Shown piece after piece: positions 10,184-19,208 of a stretch of DNA of 56,148 nucleotides. Source of the DNA: Bacteroidales bacterium (GTDB lineage Bacteria > Bacteroidota > Bacteroidia > Bacteroidales > UBA7960); NCBI GenBank assembly GCA_007129255.1, contig SKVW01000180.1, positions 1-56,148 of the forward strand, read 5' to 3'. How positions within the stretch are numbered: the first letter of the stretch is position 1; the number at the start of each line of letters is the position of its first letter. A program made the translations under genes and the position numbers. The notes beneath the pieces are model-generated. The model was given only the letters and a program-made list of their open reading frames with translations, was not told the origin of the DNA and ran no database searches.

Positions 10184-11443
10184 ATGATATTGTTAGATGT
10201 CGGTAATCTCTGGGTCATTACCCTCAGCGTGGTTATGTTTCTTGCGGTGATGCTGATACTGGTGGGCGTTTTATTGTATGCCCGGTCAAAACTGGTGCCG
10301 AGTGGACCGGTAAAGATCACTATTAATGAAGAAAAAGAACTGGAGGTAAATGCCGGGAGCACCCTGCTTTCTACCCTCTCCGAAGAGGGGATATACCTGC
10401 CCAGTGCATGCGGTGGGGGGGGTACCTGTGCCATGTGTAAATGCCAGATTTTTGACGGCGCAGGAGATATCCTTCCTACAGAGGTGGGTTATTTTACCCG
10501 CAAAGAGATCCAGGAAAACTGGCGCCTGAGTTGCCAGGTTAAGGTAAAACAGGATCTTGATATCGGCGTTCCCAAAGAAGTATTTGGTATTAAAAAGTGG
10601 GAGTGCGAAGTGGTTTCCAACAAAAACGTGGCTACATTTATCAAGGAGTTCGTGGTTAAACTGCCCGAAGGAGAAAAACTGGACTTTCAATCCGGCGGGT
10701 ATATACAGGTTGATGTGCCCCCTTGTGAAGTAAACTTTAAAGATATTGAGGTTGAGAAAGAATTTCGCCAGGATTGGGATAAACTGAAAATATGGGATCT
10801 GAAAATGGTGAATCCCGAACCCATTTTCCGTGCATACTCTATGGCCAATCATCCTGCCGAAGGAAACATCATTAAGCTGAATGTGCGTATTGCCACGCCC
10901 CCATGGGATAGCAAGAAAAATCAATTCATGAACGTGAATCCCGGAATTTGTTCATCTTATATCTTCGCCAGGAAGCCCGGAGATAAGGTGACCATTTCCG
11001 GGCCTTATGGAGACTTTTTCATTAAAGAAACCGAACGGGAAATGGTTTATATTGGCGGTGGTGCCGGAATGGCCCCGTTGCGATCGCATATCTTTCACAT
11101 GTTCCATACCCTGAAAACCGGACGCAAAGTTTCTTACTGGTACGGGGCAAGGTCTAAGCGGGAAATTTTTTACGAGGAGGATTTCCGTGAAATCGAAAAG
11201 AAGTTTCCCAATTTTTCCTTCCATATTGCTTTATCTGAACCTCTTCCTGAAGATAACTGGGACGGGCATACAGGATTTATCCACCAGGTTGTGCTGGATA
11301 ATTATCTTGAAAAACATCCTGAACCTGAAGAAGTGGAATATTATCTTTGTGGGCCCCCAATAATGAATGAATCCGTGCTGACCATGCTCGATAATCTTGG
11401 AGTTCCTGAAGAAAATATTGACCTTGACGATTTTGGCGGTTAA
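10184..11443 (+). CDS. nqrF: Na+-NQR subunit F (ATG 10184 preferred over TTG 10166)
   Basis: 2Fe-2S motif [33 protein letters not shown]-terminal DDFGG. Confidence 0.97.
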   Translation: MILLDVGNLWVITLSVVMFLAVMLILVGVLLYARSKLVPSGPVKITINEEKELEVNAGSTLLSTLSEEGIYLPSACGGGGTCAMCKCQIFDGAGDILPTEVGYFTRKEIQENWRLSCQVKVKQDLDIGVPKEVFGIKKWECEVVSNKNVATFIKEFVVKLPEGEKLDFQSGGYIQVDVPPCEVNFKDIEVEKEFRQDWDKLKIWDLKMVNPEPIFRAYSMANHPAEGNIIKLNVRIATPPWDSKKNQFMNVNPGICSSYIFARKPGDKVTISGPYGDFFIKETEREMVYIGGGAGMAPLRSHIFHMFHTLKTGRKVSYWYGARSKREIFYEEDFREIEKKFPNFSFHIALSEPLPEDNWDGHTGFIHQVVLDNYLEKHPEPEEVEYYLCGPPIMNESVLTMLDNLGVPEENIDLDDFGG

Positions 11444-11449
11444 CTTTGT

Positions 11450-11474
11450 AGCCCCGTTTTTCGGGGCTTTTTTT
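11450..11474 (+). terminator. Intrinsic terminator after nqrF
   Basis: AGCCCCG-TTTTT-CGGGGCT followed by a T-run. Confidence 0.8.
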
Positions 11475-11484
11475 ATGCTTTTTC

Positions 11485-12384
11485 ATGGCAAAACCCAAAA
11501 ATAATCGTCATCATCAGGCCAGCTATGCCACTTGGATTGGCTTTTTTGCCAATGTGTTGCTTACCCTGTTTAAGCTTTTGGCAGGATTGCTTGGGCGTAG
11601 CTCTGCAATGATTGCTGACGCTGTGCACTCCATCAGTGACTTTGTCACCGACCTGGTAATTGTTGGAAGCCTGAAAGTAGCCTCCAAACCCAGGGATACC
11701 AACCATAAATACGGGCACGGAAAGGTGGAAACCCTTGCCGCGGCTTTTGTTGGCGGGGTATTGCTGGCGGTGGGATTTGGCATTTTCTATTCCGGTCTTA
11801 CCAAAATAGTCGGGCATTACCGGGAAACTCCTTTGCAAAGCCCTGGTATGATCGCTTTTTATGCGGCTTTGATCTCCGTTATCATCAAAGAGGTTTTATA
11901 CCGGTATACCCTGGTAATTGGCAAGCGAATTGACAGCATGGTGTTGGTGGCCAATGCCTGGCACCATCGCAGCGATGTTTATTCTTCTTTTGGAACATTG
12001 ATCGGAATTGGGGGTGCCATTTACCTTGGAGAAAACTGGGTGATCCTCGACCCCCTTGCGGCCATGCTGGTTAGCGGGTTTATCTTAAAGGTGGGTTTTG
12101 TAATTATCAGGGAATCCCTGCTGGAACTGATTGAAACTTCACTTCCAAAAAAGAAAGAAAAAGAAATCCTGGATATCGCTTCCAAAATAGATGGGGTTTA
12201 CAATCCCCATGATCTGAAAACCAGGAAAATCGGGAGCAACATTGCCATTGACCTGCATATTGAAGTGAAAAAAAATCTGAATATTGTGCAGGCCCATGAA
12301 ATAACCATCAACCTGGAAAAACGCCTGCGCGAAAACTTTGGAGAAGAAACATATATTTCCATTCATACCGAACCGTTAAAATGA
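11485..12384 (+). CDS. Cation diffusion facilitator (FieF-like) transporter
   Basis: ADAVHSISD, HKYGHGKVE, AWHHRSD and IHTEP motifs. Confidence 0.93.
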   Translation: MAKPKNNRHHQASYATWIGFFANVLLTLFKLLAGLLGRSSAMIADAVHSISDFVTDLVIVGSLKVASKPRDTNHKYGHGKVETLAAAFVGGVLLAVGFGIFYSGLTKIVGHYRETPLQSPGMIAFYAALISVIIKEVLYRYTLVIGKRIDSMVLVANAWHHRSDVYSSFGTLIGIGGAIYLGENWVILDPLAAMLVSGFILKVGFVIIRESLLELIETSLPKKKEKEILDIASKIDGVYNPHDLKTRKIGSNIAIDLHIEVKKNLNIVQAHEITINLEKRLRENFGEETYISIHTEPLK

Positions 12385-13421
12385 ATCTCACTAAATTTAA
12401 ACCCGCCATGAAACCTGCCGGTAAATTATTTTTGGCTGCTCTCTTATTTATGATGGCTTGCAGCCCTGCCGAACGAACCCCTCAATTGATCAATATCCGG
12501 GGGTTGGTTTTCGGAACTTATTACTCTATTACCTATTTTTCCGAAGATGATGAAGTTTATCAGGAATCCATTGACAGCCTTTTCAAGGCTTTCAATAATT
12601 CCCTCTCGTATTATGAGAAAAATTCACTGATCTCACGTATTAACCGAAATGAAACCACCGAAGTGGATGAATGGTTTATAACCGTTTTTAATCGTTCGCA
12701 GGAAATTGCAGAAGAAACCCAGGGTGCTTTTGATGCAACGGTTTCTCCTTTGGTCAATGCCTGGGGTTTTGGTTTTTCCGACAGATCAGAGGTGCCATCG
12801 CAACAAGTGGATAGCATTTTGCAATTTGTGGGGTATGAAAAGATCAGGCTTGAGAATAATCGTATTGTCAAAGAGGACCCAAGGGTGCAACTTGATTTTA
12901 ATGCCATTGCCAAAGGTTATGCAGCAGATGTTGTGGGGGAGTTTCTCCGTTCTGAGGGAGTAGAGATATATCTTGTTGATATTGGTGGTGACATGGTGGC
13001 GCATGGCCTGAAACCCGATGGCAGCCAATGGCGCATTGGCCTGGAAAAACCCAGCGGCAGATTTGATGACCCCCAGGAGGTGGGATTTCTGGTGGAGGTA
13101 AAGGATATCGGTCTGGCAACCTCAGGAACTTACCGCCAATACTTTGAAGAAGATGGACAGCGCTACTCCCATACCATCGATCCTTCCACCGGTTTTCCCG
13201 TTGAGCATAACCTGTTGAGCGTTTCGGTTTTTGCAGAAGATGGCATGTCTGCTGATGCCTATGCCACGGCTTTTATGGTGATGGGCCTGGAAAAAGCCAG
13301 GCAATTTGTAAAGAAAAGGGATGAGCTGGAAGCTTTTTTTATTTTCTCCGAAGCTGAACGAGAAGAGTTTGGCACCTACACAAGTGCGGGCCTGGATATT
13401 TTATTGATGGAGGATATTTAA
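12381..13421 (+). CDS. apbE: FAD:protein FMN transferase, lipoprotein (start may be ATG 12408)
   Basis: Lipobox-like MMAC, FDATV, NAIAKGYAAD, DIGGD, ATSGTYR, YSHTIDP, ADAYATA; next to nqr. Confidence 0.95.
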   Translation: MNLTKFKPAMKPAGKLFLAALLFMMACSPAERTPQLINIRGLVFGTYYSITYFSEDDEVYQESIDSLFKAFNNSLSYYEKNSLISRINRNETTEVDEWFITVFNRSQEIAEETQGAFDATVSPLVNAWGFGFSDRSEVPSQQVDSILQFVGYEKIRLENNRIVKEDPRVQLDFNAIAKGYAADVVGEFLRSEGVEIYLVDIGGDMVAHGLKPDGSQWRIGLEKPSGRFDDPQEVGFLVEVKDIGLATSGTYRQYFEEDGQRYSHTIDPSTGFPVEHNLLSVSVFAEDGMSADAYATAFMVMGLEKARQFVKKRDELEAFFIFSEAEREEFGTYTSAGLDILLMEDI

Positions 13422-13490
13422 ACTTTAGAAAGTCCCTTCCTGAAATAAAAAAAACCGAATGCATTGGCTGTGACCAAATGGGAGGTCCTT

Positions 13491-13724
13491 TTATGCTTCA
13501 GGGGTTTCCCGGTTAATTTTGATCTCGCTCATGGGGATCTTGTTGCTTTCACAATCTTCAGGAGAATCGGAACTGCATGAACAGGGCATAGGTTCCCCTG
13601 TTTCCGGATGAAAATTGCTTCCGCAGGTTTTGGTAAAAGTGCCACCGGGCTTTAAAAACATCTTTACCGCAAACCCTGCAATGGCTATCCCTATAAGTAA
13701 TATGGCGAGAAGGATGACTTGCAT
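13491..13724 (-). CDS. Small single-TM, four-Cys protein; putative NqrM-like Na+-NQR maturation factor
   Basis: 77 aa; N-terminal TM helix followed by KTCGS...CSC...C; convergent with apbE. Confidence 0.65.
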   Translation of the reverse strand: MQVILLAILLIGIAIAGFAVKMFLKPGGTFTKTCGSNFHPETGEPMPCSCSSDSPEDCESNKIPMSEIKINRETPEA

Positions 13725-13786
13725 TGTTTTATTTTTTATAAAATTCTCAAATAACTACCATAAAAACAAACAATTGGTTTGAATGT

Positions 13787-14551
13787 TCAGGTTTTCCTGA
13801 ACCATGCCATTAAAATTCCGGCGGCCACTGAGGCATTCAGCGAATCAACCTTATTGGCCCTGTTTGGCCGCTCAAATCCCGGTATGGTTATTTCTTCGGT
13901 AACCATCGACTTTACTTCTTCGGAAATACCATGGGATTCGCTCCCGATGATCAATATTCCGGGCAATTCTGGCTGGTGCTCAAAAAGACTCCTGCCTTCA
14001 AGGGTGGTACCGTAAACCGGCAGCTTGTTTTTCAAACTTTTCAGCAAAGGCCATAACTCAGTATAATGAACCTTTACCCTTAGCAATGAACCCATGGTTG
14101 CCTGTACCACTTTTGGATTATAAACATCTGCAGTGGCTGGAGAACAAATAATATGCTCTATGCCAAACCAGTCGGCCGTTCGAATAATGGTGCCAAGGTT
14201 GCCCGGGTCCTGTAGGTTATCCAAAACCAAGGTAAGGTCATTTTCCAACTCTGAGTCTTGAACGGTATATTCCGGAATATCCACCACAGCAAGCACCTGA
14301 TTGGGGGTCTTCAGGGCGCTGATGCGGTCAAGTTCTTTTACGGAAATTTCCACACAGGAAATATTATGCGGGAGAATGCTTTGGTTTTTTTCAACCCAGG
14401 CAGGCAAAGCGCAGATCATCCGGATACTGAAAGACGTTGCCAGCAACTCCGATACGATCTTTTCCCCTTCTGCAATAAACGACTGGTGCTGAATGCGATA
14501 TTTTTTTTGGTGAAGGGAACGGATAAATTTTATTTGTGCATTACTCAGCAT
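13787..14551 (-). CDS. TrmH/SpoU-family RNA methyltransferase
   Basis: FIAEG, QDPGNLGTIIRTADWFG, GSESHG and DSLNASVA motifs. Confidence 0.93.
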   Translation of the reverse strand: MLSNAQIKFIRSLHQKKYRIQHQSFIAEGEKIVSELLATSFSIRMICALPAWVEKNQSILPHNISCVEISVKELDRISALKTPNQVLAVVDIPEYTVQDSELENDLTLVLDNLQDPGNLGTIIRTADWFGIEHIICSPATADVYNPKVVQATMGSLLRVKVHYTELWPLLKSLKNKLPVYGTTLEGRSLFEHQPELPGILIIGSESHGISEEVKSMVTEEITIPGFERPNRANKVDSLNASVAAGILMAWFRKT

Positions 14552-14580
14552 ATCATGCAAGGTTTTATTCCCGGCTGCCT

Positions 14581-14617
14581 AAAAAGAAGCCTGCCCCTGT
14601 CAGCAGGAACAGGCTTC
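14581..14617 (-). terminator. Intrinsic terminator after rplI
   Basis: GAAGCCTG...CAGGCTTC stem followed by a U-run on the minus strand. Confidence 0.75.
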
Positions 14618-14643
14618 ATTTTGCTGCTCATGGGTCGGAGAAA

Positions 14644-15093
14644 TTACTCTCCTACCACTTCAAATTTCAAATCCACGCGAACATCCTTATGAAGGTTGAT
14701 CTTGGCGGTATAGGTGCCCAGTTCCTTGATGGCATCTCCGTCCACCATGATTTTCTTGCGGTCAATATCAATATCGTATTGGTTTTTGATGGCTTCTGCA
14801 ATTTGCAGGGCATTAACCGAACCGAATATTTTTCCGGAGGTGCCGGTTTTGGCGCCAATTTTTACTTCGATATCCTGAAGCTTTTCTGCCACCTTTTCTG
14901 CTTCCTTCTTTACCTTCTCCTCTTTAAAAGCCCTTTGTTTCATGGTTTCGGCAAGCTTTTTCTTCTCCGAATCCAGTGCCATCATGGCAAGGCCTTTGGG
15001 GATAAGGTAGTTGGTTGCGTACCCGTCTTTTACTGTAACCAGGTCGTCTTTAAATCCCAGGTTGGGAACGTCTTGTTTTAAAATAATTTCCAT
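14644..15093 (-). CDS. rplI: 50S ribosomal protein bL9
   Basis: MEIILKQDV.NLG, VKDGYATNYLIP and KIFGSV motifs. Confidence 0.98.
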   Translation of the reverse strand: MEIILKQDVPNLGFKDDLVTVKDGYATNYLIPKGLAMMALDSEKKKLAETMKQRAFKEEKVKKEAEKVAEKLQDIEVKIGAKTGTSGKIFGSVNALQIAEAIKNQYDIDIDRKKIMVDGDAIKELGTYTAKINLHKDVRVDLKFEVVGE

Positions 15094-15097
15094 TTTT

Positions 15098-15103
15098 ACC
15101 TCC
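15098..15103 (-). promoter_or_regulatory. Strong Shine-Dalgarno sequence (GGAGGT) upstream of rplI
   Basis: Minus strand reads TAGGGAGGTAAAAATG. Confidence 0.7.
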
Positions 15104-15376
15104 CTATTTTAAAAGATCCGCTACATATGGCATTAAAGAAAGATGCCTTGCCCTTTTTATGGCCTTGGCCACTTTACGCTGGTATTTTAAGGATGTACCA
15201 GTGATCCTTCTTGGAAGGATTTTCCCCTGTTCATTTACAAACTTTAACAGGAAATTCGGGTCTTTGTAATCGATATATTTAATGCCTGCTTTTTTAAAGC
15301 GGCAGTATTTTTTCTTTTTGACATCTACCGCGATGGGCGCAAGATATCTTATTTCAGAATTTTGCTGGTTTGCCAT
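15104..15376 (-). CDS. rpsR: 30S ribosomal protein bS18
   Basis: [15 protein letters not shown] and [12 protein letters not shown] motifs. Confidence 0.98.
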   Translation of the reverse strand: MANQQNSEIRYLAPIAVDVKKKKYCRFKKAGIKYIDYKDPNFLLKFVNEQGKILPRRITGTSLKYQRKVAKAIKRARHLSLMPYVADLLK

Positions 15377-15410
15377 GTTTCAATTTCTTTTTGGGTTACT
15401 ACCTGTTTTT

Positions 15411-15773
15411 TTAGCTTTCCTGCTGTTCTTTTTCTTTAGCAGCCTCTTTTTCCTTTCTCTTTTTCTCGTTGTAGGCCAGGGCGTATTTGTCCAGGCTCAC
15501 GGTGAGAAAACGAATCACCCGCTCATCCCTTTTGAGCTCAAGCTCAAATTCCTTTAACAGCTGGGTGTCGGCCTTAAACTCAACGAGGTGAAAAAAACCG
15601 GTTGATTTTTTTTGGATTGGATAGGCCAGTTTACGCAAGCCCCAATGGTCCTCGTAAACAATCTCTGCCCCCTTTTTCTTCAGGTAGTCCTGAAACTTAC
15701 TTACCGCTTCCTTCATCTGTTCATCAGACAAAACGGGAGTCATAATGAAAACGGTTTCGTACTGTTTTACCAT
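15411..15773 (-). CDS. rpsF: 30S ribosomal protein bS6
   Basis: [21 protein letters not shown] and DERVIRFL motifs. Confidence 0.98.
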   Translation of the reverse strand: MVKQYETVFIMTPVLSDEQMKEAVSKFQDYLKKKGAEIVYEDHWGLRKLAYPIQKKSTGFFHLVEFKADTQLLKEFELELKRDERVIRFLTVSLDKYALAYNEKKRKEKEAAKEKEQQES

Positions 15774-15828
15774 TACTTTGATTTTTAAAGGTTTGAAAAA
15801 TTATTGGCTCGTTTTGGAAAACGAAGTG

Positions 15829-15836
15829 CAAAATTA
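15829..15836 (-). promoter_or_regulatory. -7 promoter box (TAATTTTG) for rpsF-rpsR-rplI
   Basis: TAATTTTGCA about 55 nt upstream of rpsF. Confidence 0.7.
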
Positions 15837-16050
15837 ATAAAAATTTCCAAATTAATTCATCCCATGAGATTTAATTAAAAAAGGATTTCATAGCCCTGTA
15901 AGCTATTTTTTGCCTTTTAGAAAATTTGTAGAAAAGCCCGCGGCATTTTTCTTTTTTGGTAGTTTATAAAGAAATTAAAGACCCATTATTTTGTAAATAA
16001 GATTTATTTATCTAAATTACAATATATAGTTAAATCAAAATATCAAAAGG

Positions 16051-17334
16051 ATGAAAAAAAATAATTTACGGCCCCGGGACTTCATCACCACACCGCAGAT
16101 GCAATTGCTTATTGAAGAAGCAGAAAGCCTGAAATCCAATCCCGGATTTAAGGTTTCCGATGTAATTGACCATAAGGGGCACCAATACGTTGATCTTGTG
16201 CAGGAAGGAGGAGGTGTACTAGGCATTGCCCTGCTGGGCTATACATTTATTATGGAAAAAGCCGGGCTGCGATTTTTCAATCTGGGCGGAACTTCTGCAG
16301 GAGCTATCAACACTATGTTACTGGCAGGATGTGGAAAGGTGGAGGAAGAGAAGTCAACCCGCATCCTGGAAGAATTATGCAACAAGAACCTTTTCGATTT
16401 TGTGGATGGTGATGGCCGGATCGGAGCTCTGATAAAGGCGGTGGTTAATAAAGAGGGAAATTTGCTATGGAGAGTGATCAGGATCATCAGAACGATCTGG
16501 AGAACCTTGCGTGATAAGCTTGGACTGAACCCGGGCGATGCTTTTACAGTATGGCTTTCAGAAATTCTTGGCAAATATGACATTCGTCAATTGTCTCATT
16601 TGGAAGAAAGGTTGTCGGATATCCCCGATCTGAACATTCGGGGCAAAGGGAAAGCAACATATAAAAAGGCCCTGTTTACCATTATTGCCGCTGATGTGAC
16701 CACCAAAACAAAAGTGAACTTTCCCCTGATGGCTCCTTTATATTGGAAAGAACCCTTACAAACAAACCCTTCTGTTTTTGTGAGGGCCTCCATGTCCATC
16801 CCTTTCTTTTTTGAGCCTTTGCTGGTGAAAAATATCCCGGAGGCTGGAAAAGAAAACTCCGGCTTATGGTGGCAAAAAGCCAGGTATTCAGGCATGGTGC
16901 CCTCCGAAGTAAGTTTTGTCGATGGTGGGATGTTGTCCAATTTTCCGATCAATGTTTTTCATTCGCAGGACCAGGTTCCCCAAAAGCCCACCTTTGGCGC
17001 AAGGTTGAGCTCCTACCGGGAGGCCCCTTCAGATACTGCCTCCCTTTTAGGATATATGGGGGCAATGATCAGTACCATGCGGCAGGTTTATGACCTTGAT
17101 TTCCTGCTTAGGAATGCCGATTACAAAAAACTCATCTGTCGTATCGATGCCGATGAAAAATTTAACTGGCTGGATTTTGACATGAAAGATGAAGAAAAAA
17201 TAGAATTGTTTTATCTGGGGGCTAAAAAAGGCCTTGGGTTTTTGAAGACTTTCGATTGGGAAGCTTACAAGCAATTGCGAAGAGATATGTTGGATAAACC
17301 CGGGGCGTCAAGGCGAAGGTCTGCCGCACGCTAG
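16051..17334 (+). CDS. Patatin-like phospholipase
   Basis: EGGGVLG oxyanion loop, GTSAG nucleophile, RASMSIP and DGG motifs. Confidence 0.9.
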   Translation: MKKNNLRPRDFITTPQMQLLIEEAESLKSNPGFKVSDVIDHKGHQYVDLVQEGGGVLGIALLGYTFIMEKAGLRFFNLGGTSAGAINTMLLAGCGKVEEEKSTRILEELCNKNLFDFVDGDGRIGALIKAVVNKEGNLLWRVIRIIRTIWRTLRDKLGLNPGDAFTVWLSEILGKYDIRQLSHLEERLSDIPDLNIRGKGKATYKKALFTIIAADVTTKTKVNFPLMAPLYWKEPLQTNPSVFVRASMSIPFFFEPLLVKNIPEAGKENSGLWWQKARYSGMVPSEVSFVDGGMLSNFPINVFHSQDQVPQKPTFGARLSSYREAPSDTASLLGYMGAMISTMRQVYDLDFLLRNADYKKLICRIDADEKFNWLDFDMKDEEKIELFYLGAKKGLGFLKTFDWEAYKQLRRDMLDKPGASRRRSAAR

Positions 17335-17384
17335 TTTTCTTTATGCCCTGCCGGGTTTTTTATGGGTGATTGGTGATTTGTATT

Positions 17385-17392
17385 TATCTTTG
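17385..17392 (+). promoter_or_regulatory. -7 promoter box (TATCTTTG)
   Basis: TAnnTTTG 18 nt upstream of ATG 17411; supports that start. Confidence 0.6.
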
Positions 17393-17410
17393 CCGCCTTT
17401 GGCAGGAAAA

Positions 17411-18352
17411 ATGACCCAGGAAAACAAACCCGTTTTGATTGATTGGCTTGCGCTGGTTTTGCTGATGCTGGTGTGGGGCAGCTCCTTTATTCTGATTAAA
17501 AGAGGACTTGTTTCCTTCAGCAGCTTTGAGGTGGGTGCTTTAAGGGTAGCAATCTCATTTATGGTGCTTTTCCCTTTTGTTTTCAGGCGCTTAAAACGGG
17601 TTCCCAAAGGAAAGCTTATTTATTTTTTTCTTGCCGGTTTCATCGGCAATGGCTTGCCACCTTTTCTCTTTGCCCAGGCACAAACCGTTATTGACAGCTA
17701 CATGGCAGGAGTATTGAATTCTCTCACGCCATTATTTACCCTTTTGGTAGGCATCGCTTTTTTTGGCAGGAAAACCCGCTGGATCAACGTTACCGGGGTG
17801 ATAATCGGCCTGGTTGGAGCCGTAGGGTTGCTTTCTGCTGCCAGTGATCCCGCCATCAGCAAAAGTATTGCTTACGGACTTTTTGCCGTGGGCGGAGCTG
17901 TTTGTTATGCCTTCAACATGAACATCATCAAAACCTATTTATCCGAATTTGATGCTCTTACCATTACTTCCGTAGCGTTTCTTTTTATTGGGATTCCCTC
18001 CCTGGTTTATTTAATGGGTTGGTCTGATTTTATGGCGACCATGGCAAACCATCCCGAAAGCTGGAAAAGCCTTGGGTATATTGCTATCCTGGCCATTGTT
18101 GGCACGTCTCTGGCCATGATCATTCACAACTGGCTGATAAAAAGAACCTCTCCTTTGTTTACGGCCACTGTAACCTATATGATGCCCATTGTTTCCATTT
18201 TCTGGGGGGTGGCCGACGGAGAGCGTTTTGTGCTGTTTTTCCTGCTCTGGATCGCTTTGATACTGGTTGGGGTTTACCTGGCAAACCGACCCCGCCCGGG
18301 AATGAAAAAACCACCGGCTGCACTGGATCAGGCAGGAAAATCCCTGTATTAA
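17411..18352 (+). CDS. DMT/EamA-family transporter
   Basis: WGSSFILIK, LNSLTPLF, about 10 TM helices in two repeats. Confidence 0.92.
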   Translation: MTQENKPVLIDWLALVLLMLVWGSSFILIKRGLVSFSSFEVGALRVAISFMVLFPFVFRRLKRVPKGKLIYFFLAGFIGNGLPPFLFAQAQTVIDSYMAGVLNSLTPLFTLLVGIAFFGRKTRWINVTGVIIGLVGAVGLLSAASDPAISKSIAYGLFAVGGAVCYAFNMNIIKTYLSEFDALTITSVAFLFIGIPSLVYLMGWSDFMATMANHPESWKSLGYIAILAIVGTSLAMIIHNWLIKRTSPLFTATVTYMMPIVSIFWGVADGERFVLFFLLWIALILVGVYLANRPRPGMKKPPAALDQAGKSLY

Positions 18353-18396
18353 AAAATTATTTACAAATGGAATAGGAAACCTTGAAAAATTTTTTT

Positions 18397-18404
18397 TATC
18401 TTTG
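18397..18404 (+). promoter_or_regulatory. -7 promoter box (TATCTTTG) for rplU-rpmA
   Basis: TATCTTTGCA 40 nt upstream of rplU. Confidence 0.75.
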
Positions 18405-18444
18405 CACCCCAATATTCGAGTAAACCATTTAATCAGAATAGAAA

Positions 18445-18756
18445 ATGTACGCAATTGTTGAAATAGGCGGCCAGCAATTTAAAATCGAAAAGGATCAGAA
18501 GATTTTCGTAAACCGGCTCATGAACGAAGAAGGAAGTGAACTGGAGTTTGAAAATGTATTGCTGTTTGCCGATGGGAAAAAAATCCAGGTTGGTACCCCG
18601 CTGGTAGAAGGAGCTAAAATTAAAGCCAAAGTTCTTGGCCACGTTAAGTCCGATAAAATTTTGGTCTTTAAGAAGAAAAGAAGAAAAGGCTACCAGAAAC
18701 TTAACGGACACAGGCAACCTTTAACCCAGATCCAGATTGAAGAACTGGTTGCATAA
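18445..18756 (+). CDS. rplU: 50S ribosomal protein bL21
   Basis: MYAIVEIGGQQFK and KKKRRKGY..NGHRQ motifs. Confidence 0.98.
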   Translation: MYAIVEIGGQQFKIEKDQKIFVNRLMNEEGSELEFENVLLFADGKKIQVGTPLVEGAKIKAKVLGHVKSDKILVFKKKRRKGYQKLNGHRQPLTQIQIEELVA

Positions 18757-18787
18757 CTTTTTCTGCAAACAAAAAAACTGAAATATT

Positions 18788-19051
18788 ATGGCACACAAAA
18801 AAGGAGTTGGTAGCTCACGTAACGGGCGCGAATCGCATAGCAAACGCCTTGGTATAAAATTATTTGGTGGCCAGCAGGCCGTTGCAGGCAATATTATTGT
18901 CAGGCAAAGAGGTACACAGCACAATCCCGGCCTCAATGTGGGCATGGGAAAAGACCATACCCTTTACGCCTTGACTGACGGGAAGGTGGTTTTTAAGAAA
19001 AAAACCGATAATAAATCCTACGTTTACATTGAGCCCATTGCTGAAAAATAG
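18788..19051 (+). CDS. rpmA: 50S ribosomal protein bL27
   Basis: [21 protein letters not shown] and GKDHTL motifs. Confidence 0.98.
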   Translation: MAHKKGVGSSRNGRESHSKRLGIKLFGGQQAVAGNIIVRQRGTQHNPGLNVGMGKDHTLYALTDGKVVFKKKTDNKSYVYIEPIAEK

Positions 19052-19070
19052 CTCCCGGAAAAAAAGATTT

Positions 19071-19100
19071 AAAAATCCTGCTGCGGCAGGATTTTTTTTT
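19071..19100. terminator. Intrinsic terminator after rpmA
   Basis: AAAAATCCTGC-TGCG-GCAGGATTTTT plus an extended T-run. Confidence 0.85.
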
Positions 19101-19171
19101 GCCATGCGCGTAGTTTTTCTGCTCAGAGCAACAAATTTGCGGGCACGGGTTTTCTTAGCCGGATTTCTTTT

Positions 19172-19179
19172 TAAATTTG
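19172..19179 (+). promoter_or_regulatory. -7 promoter box (TAAATTTG) for serS
   Basis: TAnnTTTG about 30 nt upstream of the ATG, downstream of the rpmA terminator. Confidence 0.55.
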
Positions 19180-19208
19180 AAACTTTGTTCTGAGAAATTT
19201 TTTTAACC

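Noticed and set aside
16051-17334. CBASS system suggested by the patatin
   Set aside because: No CD-NTase or other Cap genes adjacent
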